Assembly (NCBI RefSeq): GCF_031769215.1
Contig: NW_026782359.1
Span: forward strand, 124,001 to 188,000
From: Ylistrum balloti
Lineage: Eukaryota
Length of the DNA: 64,000 nucleotides
Reading direction: 5' to 3'
Position numbers and translations under genes: made by a program. A model generated the notes under the pieces. It did no database searches, was not told the origin of the DNA, and was given only the letters and a program-made list of their open reading frames with translations. Shown piece after piece: positions 1 to 13,400 of this stretch. Position 1 is the stretch's first letter. Each line of letters starts with the position of its first letter.

Positions 1-1109
1 AAGGATACAATCATCAGAGAGGTAGAACTAGTAATTATTTCTAATGGCTATCTTTCTTCAAACTGTCTGGTCCAAATCAACCATTTCCACAAATAATTGG
101 TTTACGACATAAATGCAAATTATGCAAACTACGCACCTTTACCTCAAATATTTTGCTGACTTGTTATTTTAAGAGTTGTTATATAACATAATTACGCATG
201 TTCTCATTTATATATTTTTATGATGTGTGTGAAACTGAAATAGATAAAAATCTTTAATTGAGGAAATTGTTAAAGCGAAATGGTACCTCTATCTCTTCCT
301 CACTGTTTCAGCTACGATAACGCACACCTGTTGATTTATGTGGTGTGAGAGAGGGTTGCAAGCTTCGATGGTCACTTGAAAGAACGTGTTTAAGACTATA
401 AGATCCGGTAGGCCTACTGACTTTCAGAACGCTTTCATCATTGAAATTACTTTTCGCTCTCAGTATTACAAACTTGGAAGGTTAATGGAATTGTATCCTT
501 AAGTAATTTCAGGATGCTGATGTAAGGTAGTATTAAGCCTTGAAGCATTGAACGATACATATATAAACTACATTTTTGAAAACTTCACTAAATATGCTGG
601 TTTAAGTTCACAATGCTTGTGCAAAAAGGATATGTTAAAGCTATTGTGAAAAGGATGGCTATCTACCATACAAATGACCTACTGGCCCAGGGTTTAGAAC
701 AAAGGAACCCCTGCGTGCTGTTTTCTCACACAGATGATGAATGGGCAGCATTGTTCAAATATGTAACCGACACACAGTCTCATATTGTTTATATGTACAT
801 TCTCCACGTAAGCCATTCACATTTTGTCACAAGTCTAGTGAGTATGACGTCTAACAGTACTAGATTTCCGAGTTAAAAATGTCTGACATAGTTATATTTT
901 GGCGTTATTCTTTTCCGGGATCTGGTTTTATATAAATATTTCTAAAATACTGTTTCTTTTATCTTCAGCATTATGTGTAATAACACCAATGACCATGTAA
1001 GAATAGCATTAATACCAACATGTCAGCAGAATATACAAAACAGGTAAAACATTGAACAAAACAACGTTTTACACAGAGATCATCGAAAAAGTACTAAGAG
1101 GATAAAATC

Positions 1110-1510
1110 AAGTGTTCCGGAAGGGTCTGTGTCTTCAGCTTTATCAACGACATATGCAAGTAAATAACATCATTTTGTGAAAACGAAATCACCAGGCCAA
1201 CCAACATTGCGAGAACAAATCTAAGGAGATCATTTCCCAATGATATCACAGTTGCGATCATAAAACTTCCCTAAATTTCGTTAAACGTCCATCTCTCAAA
1301 ACCCTGTGGTGTCATTCTGTTTGTCAACTGCGGGTATTTTGAATGAAGAATCGTGATATTAGGACCAACGCCTCGATTATTTAATTGATTGTGGCATGAC
1401 AAACCTATAGGATTGGAGGCTTGGATATTACTAGAAACTATAACTAGAAACAGAATCTTAACGCTAGGGAACAATTCGAAAATCACTTTATCATACAGGT
1501 TAGTAGAAAG
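1110..1510 (-). mobile_element. Decayed C-terminal fragment of a Penelope-like/RT retroelement common in bivalves
   Basis: The minus strand reads LYDK...SSNIQASNPIG...QL...LTNRMTPQGFER (ORF 1271-1486), then KFYDRNCDIIGK after a frameshift. This matches, from memory, the pattern LYDKRDDF..SSNIP.SP.YGV..SQL..LT.KL..QGY..KFYGR..D.I.KY. The flank near 1112, gtgttccggaagggt, resembles the 3' motif of the same family. Confidence 0.6.
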
Positions 1511-4500
1511 CTGTTAATGTTGTACCAAACAGAAAAGTTAGCTACCTTTCTCAGACATCCACTTTAAAAAGGTCTGGCGTTCAAATCTCCACATTTAGTT
1601 TAAGTCGGAAGGGATAAAATATATATGAGATAAGCTAGACTTGTATTACACAATTTGACCTTGTTGTAATCATGGTATAAGTCTTGTATATATATACATG
1701 TCTTGATATATGTTTAAAAGTCAATGCTAGTTATATTTCCCCTAACCATGTCGAAAAAAGATGAAAGGCTTCACAGTAATATAGAAATGGTGTTACAAAA
1801 ATAACATCGGCATTATTAAACAGTTAGCTACATCTTTTTTCTTTGAAGACAAGCGGTGTGTTCGGATGCTGATGTATTGTTATAAATGTGGTTTCTTTGT
1901 TTGCACTTACAATAATATAAAGGAATTCTTCTATTGTCTGATTTTGTATCTGGAAATGCTTGAGAAAATCTGGTTATGTATGCTAGGTCACTACAAATCT
2001 GTAACATCCTTGATGAACATAGATTCAGGTATATTTCACGTTTTGTTGAGTTATGACTTAATGAAATATACATATTAAGTCATTCTAGTTCATACTTTGG
2101 AATATATATTGTGTTTGTCTTTTTTTCCTTTGTTGATCTTCGTTTTCCTGTTCATGGACACAAGTCCCAAAGTGACACTATCTTTCACTAGAAAATTAAT
2201 GACTTTTAAAAAACTGACGTTTTATGTTGAAACTAATATATCAACTAAATATTTAATTGATTCTTTGGGTTTAAGTGTCACGTAACTGTATTTATCTTTT
2301 TTAATCAACTGTATGTAATGATAATTAGGATATCTAGTACAAATGATATTTGGTGTATAAAGACAAAGGAATTGCTTAGTTTCTAATACAACAATGCGAT
2401 ATATGTATTTTTAAAACGCATAAAAACAGAGATAATTTAATTTAGCGTATATTGTAAATTGCCTTTGTCTAGAATATGAATTATGTAAATAAAGCCAAAA
2501 GACTATCATTTGTTGAAATGTTAAAATATGAGAGCCTCTTCAACCATTAATGTATTAGTTTACGCTATATCTTAAGTATATGGTAAATTTTACCGACCTC
2601 GGTATTGGCAAGTCTTCGTTTGTAACTGATACTCTCGTTGATAAATTAATTGTATAGGCTAGTATAAGGTGTAGGCTAGACCCATTGTACATCTCATCTC
2701 TTCGCTACATTAAATACGTGGTCCCCTATAATTTTACATTTACACAGGTTTAGCGATGAAACAGTGCGAGTAAAAGCAGTGTCGCTGAATTACTGATTAT
2801 CAATGATTGACGGTGATGCTCCTCATCAAATTGTTATTTTGCTGTATAAAAGATTGTGCAAAAAATGCACTTGTATAGCACCTTCCTATGCAAATTTAGA
2901 GTTATTTACAGTAGAGTTAAAAGAATTAATCTCCATCATACATCCTTCTAGGATTCATTATAGATACTAAGGGCCTAAATTATTTAACCAACGAGTCGAG
3001 TGAGGAAAATCCACATTGGTCGTAATAAAACTAAAATATCAGACGAAGAAGATGCATTTACTGCCAAATTTAATCATTTTTGAATAGCGGTTTGTTTGAT
3101 AATGATATTTATATTTTACTAGAGAAATATTGCAGACTAATATTGTGATCAGTTTCTATAACATTGTTATAGTGACCAGTAATATAGTGTACTGTAGTGA
3201 CAGCTATTCTAGACCACAAACAGGAAATCCTTCTGACAAAAGTACGTTATAAATAACATGTGAATCTAATAAATTCATAAAAGCCTCTTTACTGATAAAG
3301 TTTTTCTACGGCAAAACATTTTAAATATCTTGCACCTTATCTGCCATGTTTCAAATAAACACCTCCCATAAATCCTCATAAAAAATATGTATGTATATAC
3401 AAAAGGAAGAAAATAAAAATAATAAAAAAATAAACGACGCGGACATTTTTGCACGACAAATAAAATCATGAAGTAACTCTTCAAACTTGAACAGGACCAG
3501 TCAAAACAATTTATCTCGTCACTTTGCATACGAACATCTGCTAACCACATTCTCGTGTAACAGACACTCCGAAGAGACATCAAACATAAAGGAAGCATAC
3601 CATAATAAGTAATAACTGTATCACAACTTACCAGAAGACTTCAAGACTACATGAAATGTATCTAGAACGTTCTCTATATATAATATTAGACTGGAAATTA
3701 TCTTTTTATAAACTTGAAAAGCGATCGATTTATCGTTGTTAAAAAATGACAGCATCTTGTATCTTCAATTTCAACGTTTAAACAGAAAGCGATACAAGAA
3801 GAAGTTTTTAAAATGTGTCATTGTTCCTTCTATCAGTATTGTAATAAGCTATAGTCGAATGTTCCATAGCAAATGCAGAAGAGAAATGTATGGGAGTGAC
3901 TGCATGTTCCATCGTTTGCCGTTCAAATGCCTTGCAAGTTTGACAGATGCTAAAAAATGAATGATTTATGAAGTTTTGACAGCTGCCTGGTTCTGGCTTA
4001 CTGACGCTGTTATAACCGTCTACGTTTGTGACTTTGTAACCTGCTTTTTATCTTACATTGACTTGTGGTCTGACTCTTGGGTGTTAACTATCCCTGCACG
4101 TTAGGATATTACACTCACACAAAAGAAAGTTACACAGCTGACTGCGATCTAGATAAATTAAAATAAGAAATATACATTTTATACATTATGCATGTATTAA
4201 ACATAAAAGTATAATTTCCTATCATCTGTTTCCGTTTTAGGTTTCATTCCATGGCGAGACCGTTATCATTTTATATGTGTTTTTTTGTTCGCCTAAAGTT
4301 TTATCGCGTATACAAGAATTAAAAGGCACAGTATGCATTGTTTAAACTTGAAGTCGGTCGATTTTAAGATATCCTAAATATGAATTTGTACAGTGGTAAC
4401 GTGCAGTTAGGAAATAACAGATTATCAGAAATGATGTTCTTTGTTTCCTTAATGTTACCAACGTAAGTTTATCACATAAAGTAGTTTCGGTGACGATGAT

Positions 4501-5368
4501 GAAGACGATATGTGAGAGGAGATAATGCTCAATGCATGTCTACATGGACATCGTCTAAAAAGTAGACATGTTCATTGTGCATATAGGGCCATTCTTTTTC
4601 TTCCCAGACATGAATATGATTTTAAATATTTTGCTTGATATACCTCAGATAAAAATACAACCAGCGTATTCATTTATGTTCAGGAGTCTCGAGTTTTGCT
4701 CTAGATACTTGTTAGAACAGCTGCTGAAATAATATATACCCCCGTAAAAACCCGAATAAATTATAATTCTCTTTACGAGGGAATTTCAACTATGAAGTTA
4801 GTTGTAAAGTATGGGTTTTAAATGTTAAATTCTCTTTCGACAATACCCGCCCACGGAAACGAGGAGTGCAGTATTTGTAGTAGGGATTCTACAGTCGGAG
4901 CACGTTTCACGGTGTATTTACACCTCCTGATGAAATGTGCTGCCACTGTGAATCTCCTGTTTACTCCAAGTTTACATTTTAATGTACTTAGTAAGCAAAA
5001 TTTCTGAAGTGACACTTGTGTTCTTATTTTTTCTTGGTTATGTAAAGGTTATTTTTAGAGCAGAGGATTCGATTCCGTGGCTTTTACAAAGGACGTGCAG
5101 GAGAAATAATTAAAACAGCTATACAATATTTCATATACCGTAGTTTTAGGCTTATCATGTCTACATGAGCCAATTCTTAAACTCACAATAAATCTTATGA
5201 ATACGATATGTAATTTATGTAGAAGTCCTAGGAAAAACAAGAATTACTATGCGATGTTACACTTTTGTTGAAATCATTAAGGAAAATATTGTATTAAATA
5301 TTAACGGAAAAGGAAATATATATATAAATCTAAATTACAGTTCAATAGAAACTTCAGTTAAAACTTAC

Positions 5369-5630
5369 GTCTTCCTTGTCCAAATCGACTTCTGGCGGTG
5401 GCTGCGATTGCACTGACAAATCCTAACTGGCGACATGCGACATTAGCGTCCCTAAGATCCCAGCTGTAGTCACAAATAGCTCCCCATCGATATCTATGGT
5501 AGATGAGAACTGTCCCCTCGGACGCCTTCCGACCCCCCAGGAGTCGTATGTCTCCATCCCTGAAGACTCCTCGAGACACACCGAACAACATCCCGTACAT
5601 ACATACTGCTAATAACACTGAATACCCCAT
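5369..5630 (-). CDS. First coding exon of a secreted or membrane SRCR-domain protein (DMBT1/LOXL-like): signal peptide plus N-terminal half of an SRCR domain
   Basis: ATG at 5630. MGYSVLLAVCMYGMLFGVSRG is a hydrophobic leader, followed by DGDIRLLGGRKASEGTVLIYHRYRWGAICDYSWDLRDANVACRQLGF...FGQG (SRCR signature). Phase-1 donor C|GTAAGT at 5368. The ORF-track start at 5654 is a GTG and unlikely to be used. Confidence 0.85.
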
Positions 5631-7203
5631 GATGGTCTTGGTAATATTTATCACAAGAAATTAATATTCAATATCACCAAAAACAATCAGCTGGTATAGA
5701 TATTTGTGACGAGCTGTTGCTCTCCCGGGAGCTCCTGTCTGATTGTCGTCTGCTCACACACTATCAGAATCGTCTCGTCACAGACATTTTTGTAAATTCA
5801 GGCGCGTGCACCATCTACTCCTTAAGACTATGAAAGCGCGCGTTAGTTGACCCATGTCAATGGCAAAGTTCAATGAAATTTAAAACTCATGAACCCCGGT
5901 TAGCAAATACAATGTCAGACAAGATAGGCGGTAGGACTGGCTGTGATGATATGACGTCCACTGAGAGATACGCCTGTTGATTCGCTGGTCCAACACAAAA
6001 CCAGCTATGCCCACAGTCTCAATGGTATTTATATCTTTGCAAAAGTTAAATCTACAAAGGTATTAGTTGACGATAGGTTTGTCAGGCCTGCATAGCTTTT
6101 GAAGGTATCTGTGTTACCATTACCGACACACCAATGTACGGCCTTAATGCGATGTCCTCTTGTTGTGTCCCATTGGCATTCTCTGTATGTTCGTCTGTAC
6201 CACTTAGAGATCTAGTCACTTGTTTCTGTGCATAAAAATGACAAAATAGTAAGCATACCTATTACGTCATCAGGCAGGCGAGATATGGCGATGTATGTGG
6301 TGAATGCATTACACATATAGTCGAGAGCAATGAGGCAAGAGTTTCATCAGAAATAATGTGTACATGTGCAGAATATATGCATCTTGTTTATTTACTACAT
6401 TACTGGCAGAGAATCTGTTACTTTTCAAACCTTTGTCCTGAAACCTTCCTCAAAACAGGTGCTGGGGCATCAGATTCGGGCAGGCTGCACTTGTGTTTGC
6501 TGTAGGCGTCTTACTAAAGTGTATGGTTATCTTTCTGTTAAGAAACATATCATTTCTTATTCTTCTTGTCTAGTATTATTATTCTAGCTGGATGAAAACT
6601 AAAACAAATATTACGTACATCAACATTTTGAAATCTTACACTATTTCATCATACCTTACCCAACATGTTTACTCACGTGTGTCCTCGTCCTCTCCACTCA
6701 CTATTCTCATAACCTTATAAGCTGTTTCAACACTATGTATGTGTGTAACATATACGTTCCGCTCTGTTGATATGAACTTTTGAAATTTGTATACAGAAAT
6801 TTACATTGAAAAACAAACCTAGTATGTATGAACCATGAAAATGAATCATTTGTAGACAAACAAGTTTAAAATTTTGATTAAATTGAAATCAACCACTTGC
6901 ATCGATCTTTTTCTACAACGATATCAACAAGAACAGCTTTACACCAAGTTGTACGATAATTATAATGATTTTATTTTCCCATTACTCGATAGCAAACAAC
7001 GTGCATTCCCAAACCAATCGTGTTCAAGGACTGTCCAGTATAACGATTTTCGTGTATGATGCCGGCAACTGATAATCAAACTCATATCATTTAGTTTCGG
7101 GATTTTCAGGTTTATGAAGTTAATTTTACAATTGTCATAAACATCTCGTTGGAAATTATTTCATTTCCTTGTGCGAAATGAAATTGGTATAATTTGACAC
7201 ACG

Positions 7204-7440
7204 ATAGTGCTTCTAGTGGTTCCGTTTTCTTTAACCTTGTACTAATGTGGAAACGTGGCACTTCATACTTGGATTGACCAAGATTAACAATACGAGTGAC
7301 GTTAGAGAAGCAAAATACGCTTTTTCTTCCAGACCACGTTGTCTTATTTTCTGTGATCTTTTCAGTAGTCTCCGCATAAGTCTTTTTCTTTCTTTATACT
7401 TTATATAGTTTGAATTCAGATTCTGTGGCATGTCGGTATA
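7204..7440. repeat. Dispersed repeat copy 1, homologous to 29167-29440
   Basis: About 85 nt align without gaps at roughly two-thirds identity by eye (gtggttccgttttctttaaccttgt...ccaagatt vs gtggttccgttgttatctaccttgt...ccaagatt). A second shared block is agattctgt(t)ggcatgtcg. Confidence 0.6.
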
Positions 7441-10400
7441 TCACTTATTTTGGAATTGTGAATTTCTTCTGTCACTTCAGCTACTTAAGCCCTTAGTATC
7501 ACCGATGAGTCCTAGAAAGCAGAAATAGCTGAACTATGTGGTTTTCTTTACTGACCTATACTGTATCTATTTCTATTGATGAAAGATGCTGATAACTTGA
7601 ATGACTGTTGTTCAACCTTAAAATAACAATGAACATGTTCCTAAATACCATTAAATCCGACGACGAGTCAGAAAAAACCCACAAAGTATAAAACACACGA
7701 TGGATCCTACTGTTGTACAAAATAAAGAGCTCATGGAAAACAAATATGGTCGGGCAGATGACCACATATCTTTTCACTGCCGTTCGTGGAGTCGAACAAC
7801 AGTCGCTTAAGTGAAAATGAAAAAAACTTGTTTGTGAGTTATCTCTGTGCTATCTGATCACCAGGCATATTAAGCAATCATTATATTCCTGCACATTTGG
7901 TAAACTAAGTAATTGCTGAATGCTTGAAATATTTAATATATCAAATCAACATTATGTTATGGGGACGGCATCATGTAATTGTGTTTTGCCGTATGTTGGA
8001 CAATAGCAGGTGAATATACGAAATTACAGAACTACAGATTATTGAACAACGGTGATACTTTCTTTTCTCTGCAGAACATGTTAGTATGTGAGAGATCTGT
8101 GCTATACACCTAGACTGTGCACAGCGATATAAAGTATGAGGCCATTGTACACTCCTTGCACTGTACTAATTAGTACGTGTCAACCGACATAATCTATAGT
8201 GCACAAGTATAACACGACAACGAGATAGGCGTGGCTGATGATAGAGTATGTCTTCATAAGAATCCACTTTATACATTTATAATGGACACGTGTTGTGTTA
8301 TACTCTGTAGATAATGTGTGCCTTAGACACTTGAAGAAATGCAACTGCACCATTTGAACTGGGAACTTATGTAGACTTCCTTCTAGTCATTTCGACAGAA
8401 GGATATATTGTGTCCTTGCCTGCTGTAGGGGCGATGCATACTGTCTTGTATACAGACGGTGTCTGCTGTTGAAGGTGCTTTTTGTCTGTTGTTGACGTTG
8501 TTTATTTGGCATTGCAATTCTGTCTATAGGACAAGCAATTCTATTTGTAGAGTAAGCGATTCTATAGTCTATAGGGCCAACAATCCGTCTGTAGGACGAA
8601 CAAGTCTAGTAGTCGCCCACAGATTTGTCTGATGCTAACAACTCGTATCTATTTAAGTACGGGAAGGTCAACCACCCCAACATTCCGTCTCAGCTCAAAT
8701 ACAGTACCAGATATTTCAGAAGAGTTGTTTAAGTAGCGATTATACATCAAGTATCTAGAGGATATCGAGAGCTATTAAAACTCCACACATAAATGTCCGA
8801 TGTGGGGCCATATCTCACACAAACAAGGTATAGTTAACGTAGGCATTTGGGAGCAAACCCAGCAGTCTAGACACAGAAGTGTCGTGTGGGCGTGGGCGTC
8901 ATACCGTGTTTGATGCCCAAATTATAGAATGAACCAAAACAACATCCTTGATTATTTTTTGTTGAGTTGAAGAATTGAACAATGTTTCAAATACTGTTTT
9001 CTTCAGTGATTAAAGTTAAACAATTCCAATTCTTACGATGCTCTTGTGTTATGCCAAAAGATTACCGTCTGAAAACTGAAGATGTTATGTTCTTGTGTTT
9101 GTCCTTTTTACCGTTTAAACTTTTAAACGTAATTTGACCTTTTAATAGTACTGTATTAGTGTTACATATTGTTTGTTATCATGCTATTGTGTATTATGTT
9201 AAATTTTGCTTTTTTGTCTCAGTCTATGAATCCGTTAGATATTGTTTTCATTTTACTTGGTATAGTACTAAAATTTGGCATGCACTAAGTAAGCAATACC
9301 ACAATATCTATCGAGTCGGAGACACACTAATGTCTCTGTTCTTGACAGTGAGCTGACATTATTCGTGTGAAAGTATTCTTACACAACCACTCAAGTTCGA
9401 GACATGCATGAGAAAGAAATTTGTTCTGTTTAACGATGAATCATTCCATAAAAATATTCATATGAGAAATCTAAGAAATCAAACTACATGGGAGCTGAAA
9501 CTAGACCCTTGGCAACTGTACCAGGAAACGGGTGTTAACCTGGACGTGGGAGCATGTCATAAATTGAACGAAGGTTCAAATACAAATTGATAGGAATCTC
9601 TCTTACCTGGGAGTGAAGGGTACAAAGTGTGGGGTCTCGCTGTCGGCTTGTTTGATGTACGTATAGAATACCAATGACATGGTCCGAAACGTTTAGGATT
9701 TTTATCAATTTGTAACTGAATAAACATGACGTTAATGTAATAGATACAGCATATGCATCTAAGATTATTTGTGTACATTATACGTCCTAATCAAGTTATC
9801 TCAATGTGTAAATATACAAATATCTCCGTTTTCTGATTAATAGATAGACGAATTCTTAACGTAGCTTGGAAATAATTGTATTATAAATCACTGCAACAAA
9901 ATAAAAATACCTTCTAATTTTATACATGTGACTAACAAGTTGATAGCACTACAGTGTATACTCTATGACAGACATGAATTATTCAACGATAGCCGCAGCA
10001 CTCACGATGTGCCCTAAACGGTTCTATTTCAGGAGTTAATAATGTAAATCTTATTTGATTTTTTCTATCGAAGATTTTTACAATAGACACAGAAGTGAAT
10101 AGCACCATTTAATGATTAAGAGTGAGACACAGTAGAGCCAAACAATGAATACTGCTGTTTAGTCCTTCCATGACTCTTCAGTGATGCTAAGTCTAGCATA
10201 CGACAGCGGAAAATTCAAAATGATCGAAAGAAAACTCAAATCTAGATGGGGAGGTGGAACAGCCCGATTATCAAACAAATTTTGTAATTTTCATATATCG
10301 GATATATTTAGAGCAACGTCAAAGTACATGTGTTTATCCTGAACCGTGCCACAATACGAATGAATTAAAACGTTTTCAGCATTTGATAATAGCCATGAAT

Positions 10401-13400
10401 AAAGTAGTAACACAGAATCAGCCCCTGATAATACAATGTGTGTCTGATTTATAGGCATGAATGTGTGGTATTTCCGTTTTATCGTCCTTTTTCACCAATG
10501 AGGATAAACACGATAAGCACTGTGATCAAGGTACAGTGAATATTGACCTGCGCTGATATATGTTACCTGTTTTTGACATTTTATAAAAGCAACGGGATAT
10601 GATACTTATTGCACTTTGTATCATTGTAAAATAAAATACGAGTCGACATCTAACCAAAGAACAATGGGGTAGATACGATCTAATATGACGTCACAGCAAC
10701 AAAGCATTGGAGTGACCGTTGAGACCATACAGAATGTGTTCGCGAACTTGGAGTTACGACACGGCGACAGCTGATCCCACTAGGCAACAATAGTAAAGGA
10801 TAAGATAAATCTATTATGTCGGTGTATATATCACAGAGTTCTCATCTCCAGACAATTCATATATTAACCCGTTGATGTCATCCCGGTATTACCATGATAT
10901 ACATAATAAGTCTTCTGTTTTCAAATGTTGTAAATATTTTTAATTCTCGATGGTTCAAATTATCGCGAGATTTCCAATCTCTTTAAGCATTTTCCTTCAT
11001 GAACGTGCTGAAACGTACCACCGATTGCTCGCCTTATAAAGTAAGCTAACGTTGTGGGATTGGGGTCGGGGGGTTGAGGGGTTCAGATTGGGAGACATAC
11101 CAAATTTGTAGGTCATTTTGTAAATTTTGAAATATAACACGCTACACCATTGCTAGTGAAGTGCCGAATGTTAGTGTCAGTTATTACTATCATATATGTA
11201 TTATCTTGTTATCTAGAATCAATTTCGGATATGAAAGGACTATGTTTGCGAGACAACACATCATTATCAGCTACCCCTGCGTGTGACACGCACATTGAAT
11301 AGCCGTGATCTTAAGAGACGCCTAAATGTAGGTCCAATTTCCCACAATTTTAGTTTAAACAAAGTTAGAAAGCAGACTTAAGAGTGCGTCTTGTAAATGA
11401 CATAACAGTAGCTGTAAAACTATTTCGAGTATTGAAGAAAATCCCACGGCTTTACAGTACAGGAAAGAAGGTTCCTCACACACAGGACATAGGATGCTAT
11501 ATTTCCTATACTTATTTAAATCGTACAAGGTCATGACGTGGGTCGATTTCAGCGAATTGTATAACGACAGGAGATGTGTTTTATGGCTGTAGATTTCGAC
11601 AGCTGTTTAGAGTTAATAAGAAAGGCACAAGAAGGATACAGAGAAATATGTCCAGTTTGTTGAATACTTTCTTTTAATGGCTTCCAGTGTTAGCATGATT
11701 TGTGTTTAGGGTTCTCTGTGAGCGACGTAAAAAGAAATGCACCTAATATATTTAACTTTTTTGTGTGCCAATGTCCTACGTATTCGACACCTCGACACTT
11801 AAAGTATACTTATAGCGACAACTCGATCACGAGAGAAAAAGAAAAAACTCTAAAGTTAAAATATCTTCTTACTGAACGCAGGTGGTCATTAGATATGTTC
11901 GGGTAAGCAATATTTCCTACCGGTGTTTGTTAAAAACAACCATGTTTACGAAGTAGAAATCAGAAAAAAGTAAATGAAAACTGATATTCAAATTCATAAA
12001 TTACCATTTGAGCGTAGCCAGAACAATTTTACAAAAGTATAATTCCAAACGTTAATATTCGAAGACAAGTGTACGTCACAATACAACAGTAGGAAGTGTG
12101 AGGACGTTCACAGCTCAAACTCAACAACAGAAGACAGACTCGGTCATTAAGTTAAAGGGCACCATCAGCAAACATATATATCTATTTACATGTGTCACCA
12201 TTTCAGTTTCGTTTTATAAGCACTTAAAAATCTTGCTTTTGTTGACCAAATATACAAAAATGTAGAAAATGTGTAGGATTTAAACATACGACACAAAAGT
12301 TTGGTAGTAGTGATTAGTTTCATTTAACCTTTACATACATTTCATTTAAATCAGCGTACAAAAAGGATGCCATGTATTTCCCAGCGAAAGTAAAGGCATA
12401 ACACCTACACTAGCGGTATGTGGTTGACTGGTCTAATGTTGGGTGTGTTCTTTCAAACAAGATTCCTAGCAGCAGCGAAACAATGAAACATGTGTTACTG
12501 CTGTTTAATTGTAACTATAAATAACTCTAATGGTTTATGATTTTCCGTTTGTGATCTGGTATACAGACACATGTTATCAGAGATATACATTTCGTCATCA
12601 TGATTCTATGAACCGGACACTTCTTTCTTTCTATTGAAAATGAAAACGAGACTATCGTTTTTTGCATAAATGTATGAATTGACAAATAGAGAATAAAAAT
12701 TGTATTATGTGTGAATCCATGATAAAGGGAAGGTGCCAAATGGGAAAGTGTGTCTCATTTAGACAATCACATAATTACAATTACTACTAACAGTGTACAA
12801 TTACAAGGTGGATCAAATGACTTCCGTTTGCTGTAGATCTAATCATTGGTCTTGACGATAACACATGTATTCCCATCCCTTACGGATATCTTCTTAAAAG
12901 GTCAGGAATAGGTACAGATAACCCTGGAATACAAGTTGACAACTTCGTGAGAACGTTCATGCTCCGAGATTTTGGGAATACTTGGCGATCCCTGTTAACA
13001 GAAGTTCAGATCATTATTTTTAGCAATCAACCAAGAAAACAAATCGCTGACCTACTAAGGTAAAAGTAGTTAAGGGTTTTGTGTATTTGGGTTTTATTTT
13101 ATTGGTGTATGAGTTAACACAATGAGTCCATCGCAGAACAATAGATAAGACACACAGAAGGTAAAGAAAAATATTGAATGTATCTCGACATTTCGTGCTT
13201 TCGTTGAAACATTCTGACGATGCTTGTATTCGTTGTTTTTTTCAAAAGCAAATATTCTTAATTTATTCTTAATTGCAAATGAACATATTTTCGAATAAAA
13301 TTTCCTGTGGCAATTAAAACTGCTTCCTAGTTATGCGTCTCATTTTCAAGAAAAATAAGAATTTTGATTATCGACAAAATTACAGGTCAGTAAAATCACG

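Noticed and set aside
3490-3552. MWLADVRMQSDEINCFDW (ORF 3275-3598) as the second half of the SRCR domain
   Set aside because: Spacing resembles WLDDVRC.GDE.N.FDC, but both cysteines are absent, there is no GWG/HNC, and there is no phase-1 AG acceptor. At most a relic or a chance match.
5060-7800. B-box-like motifs (gattcgattcc at about 5066; gttcgactcc on the minus strand at about 7783) as tRNA or SINE heads
   Set aside because: No A-box at a suitable distance and no cloverleaf.
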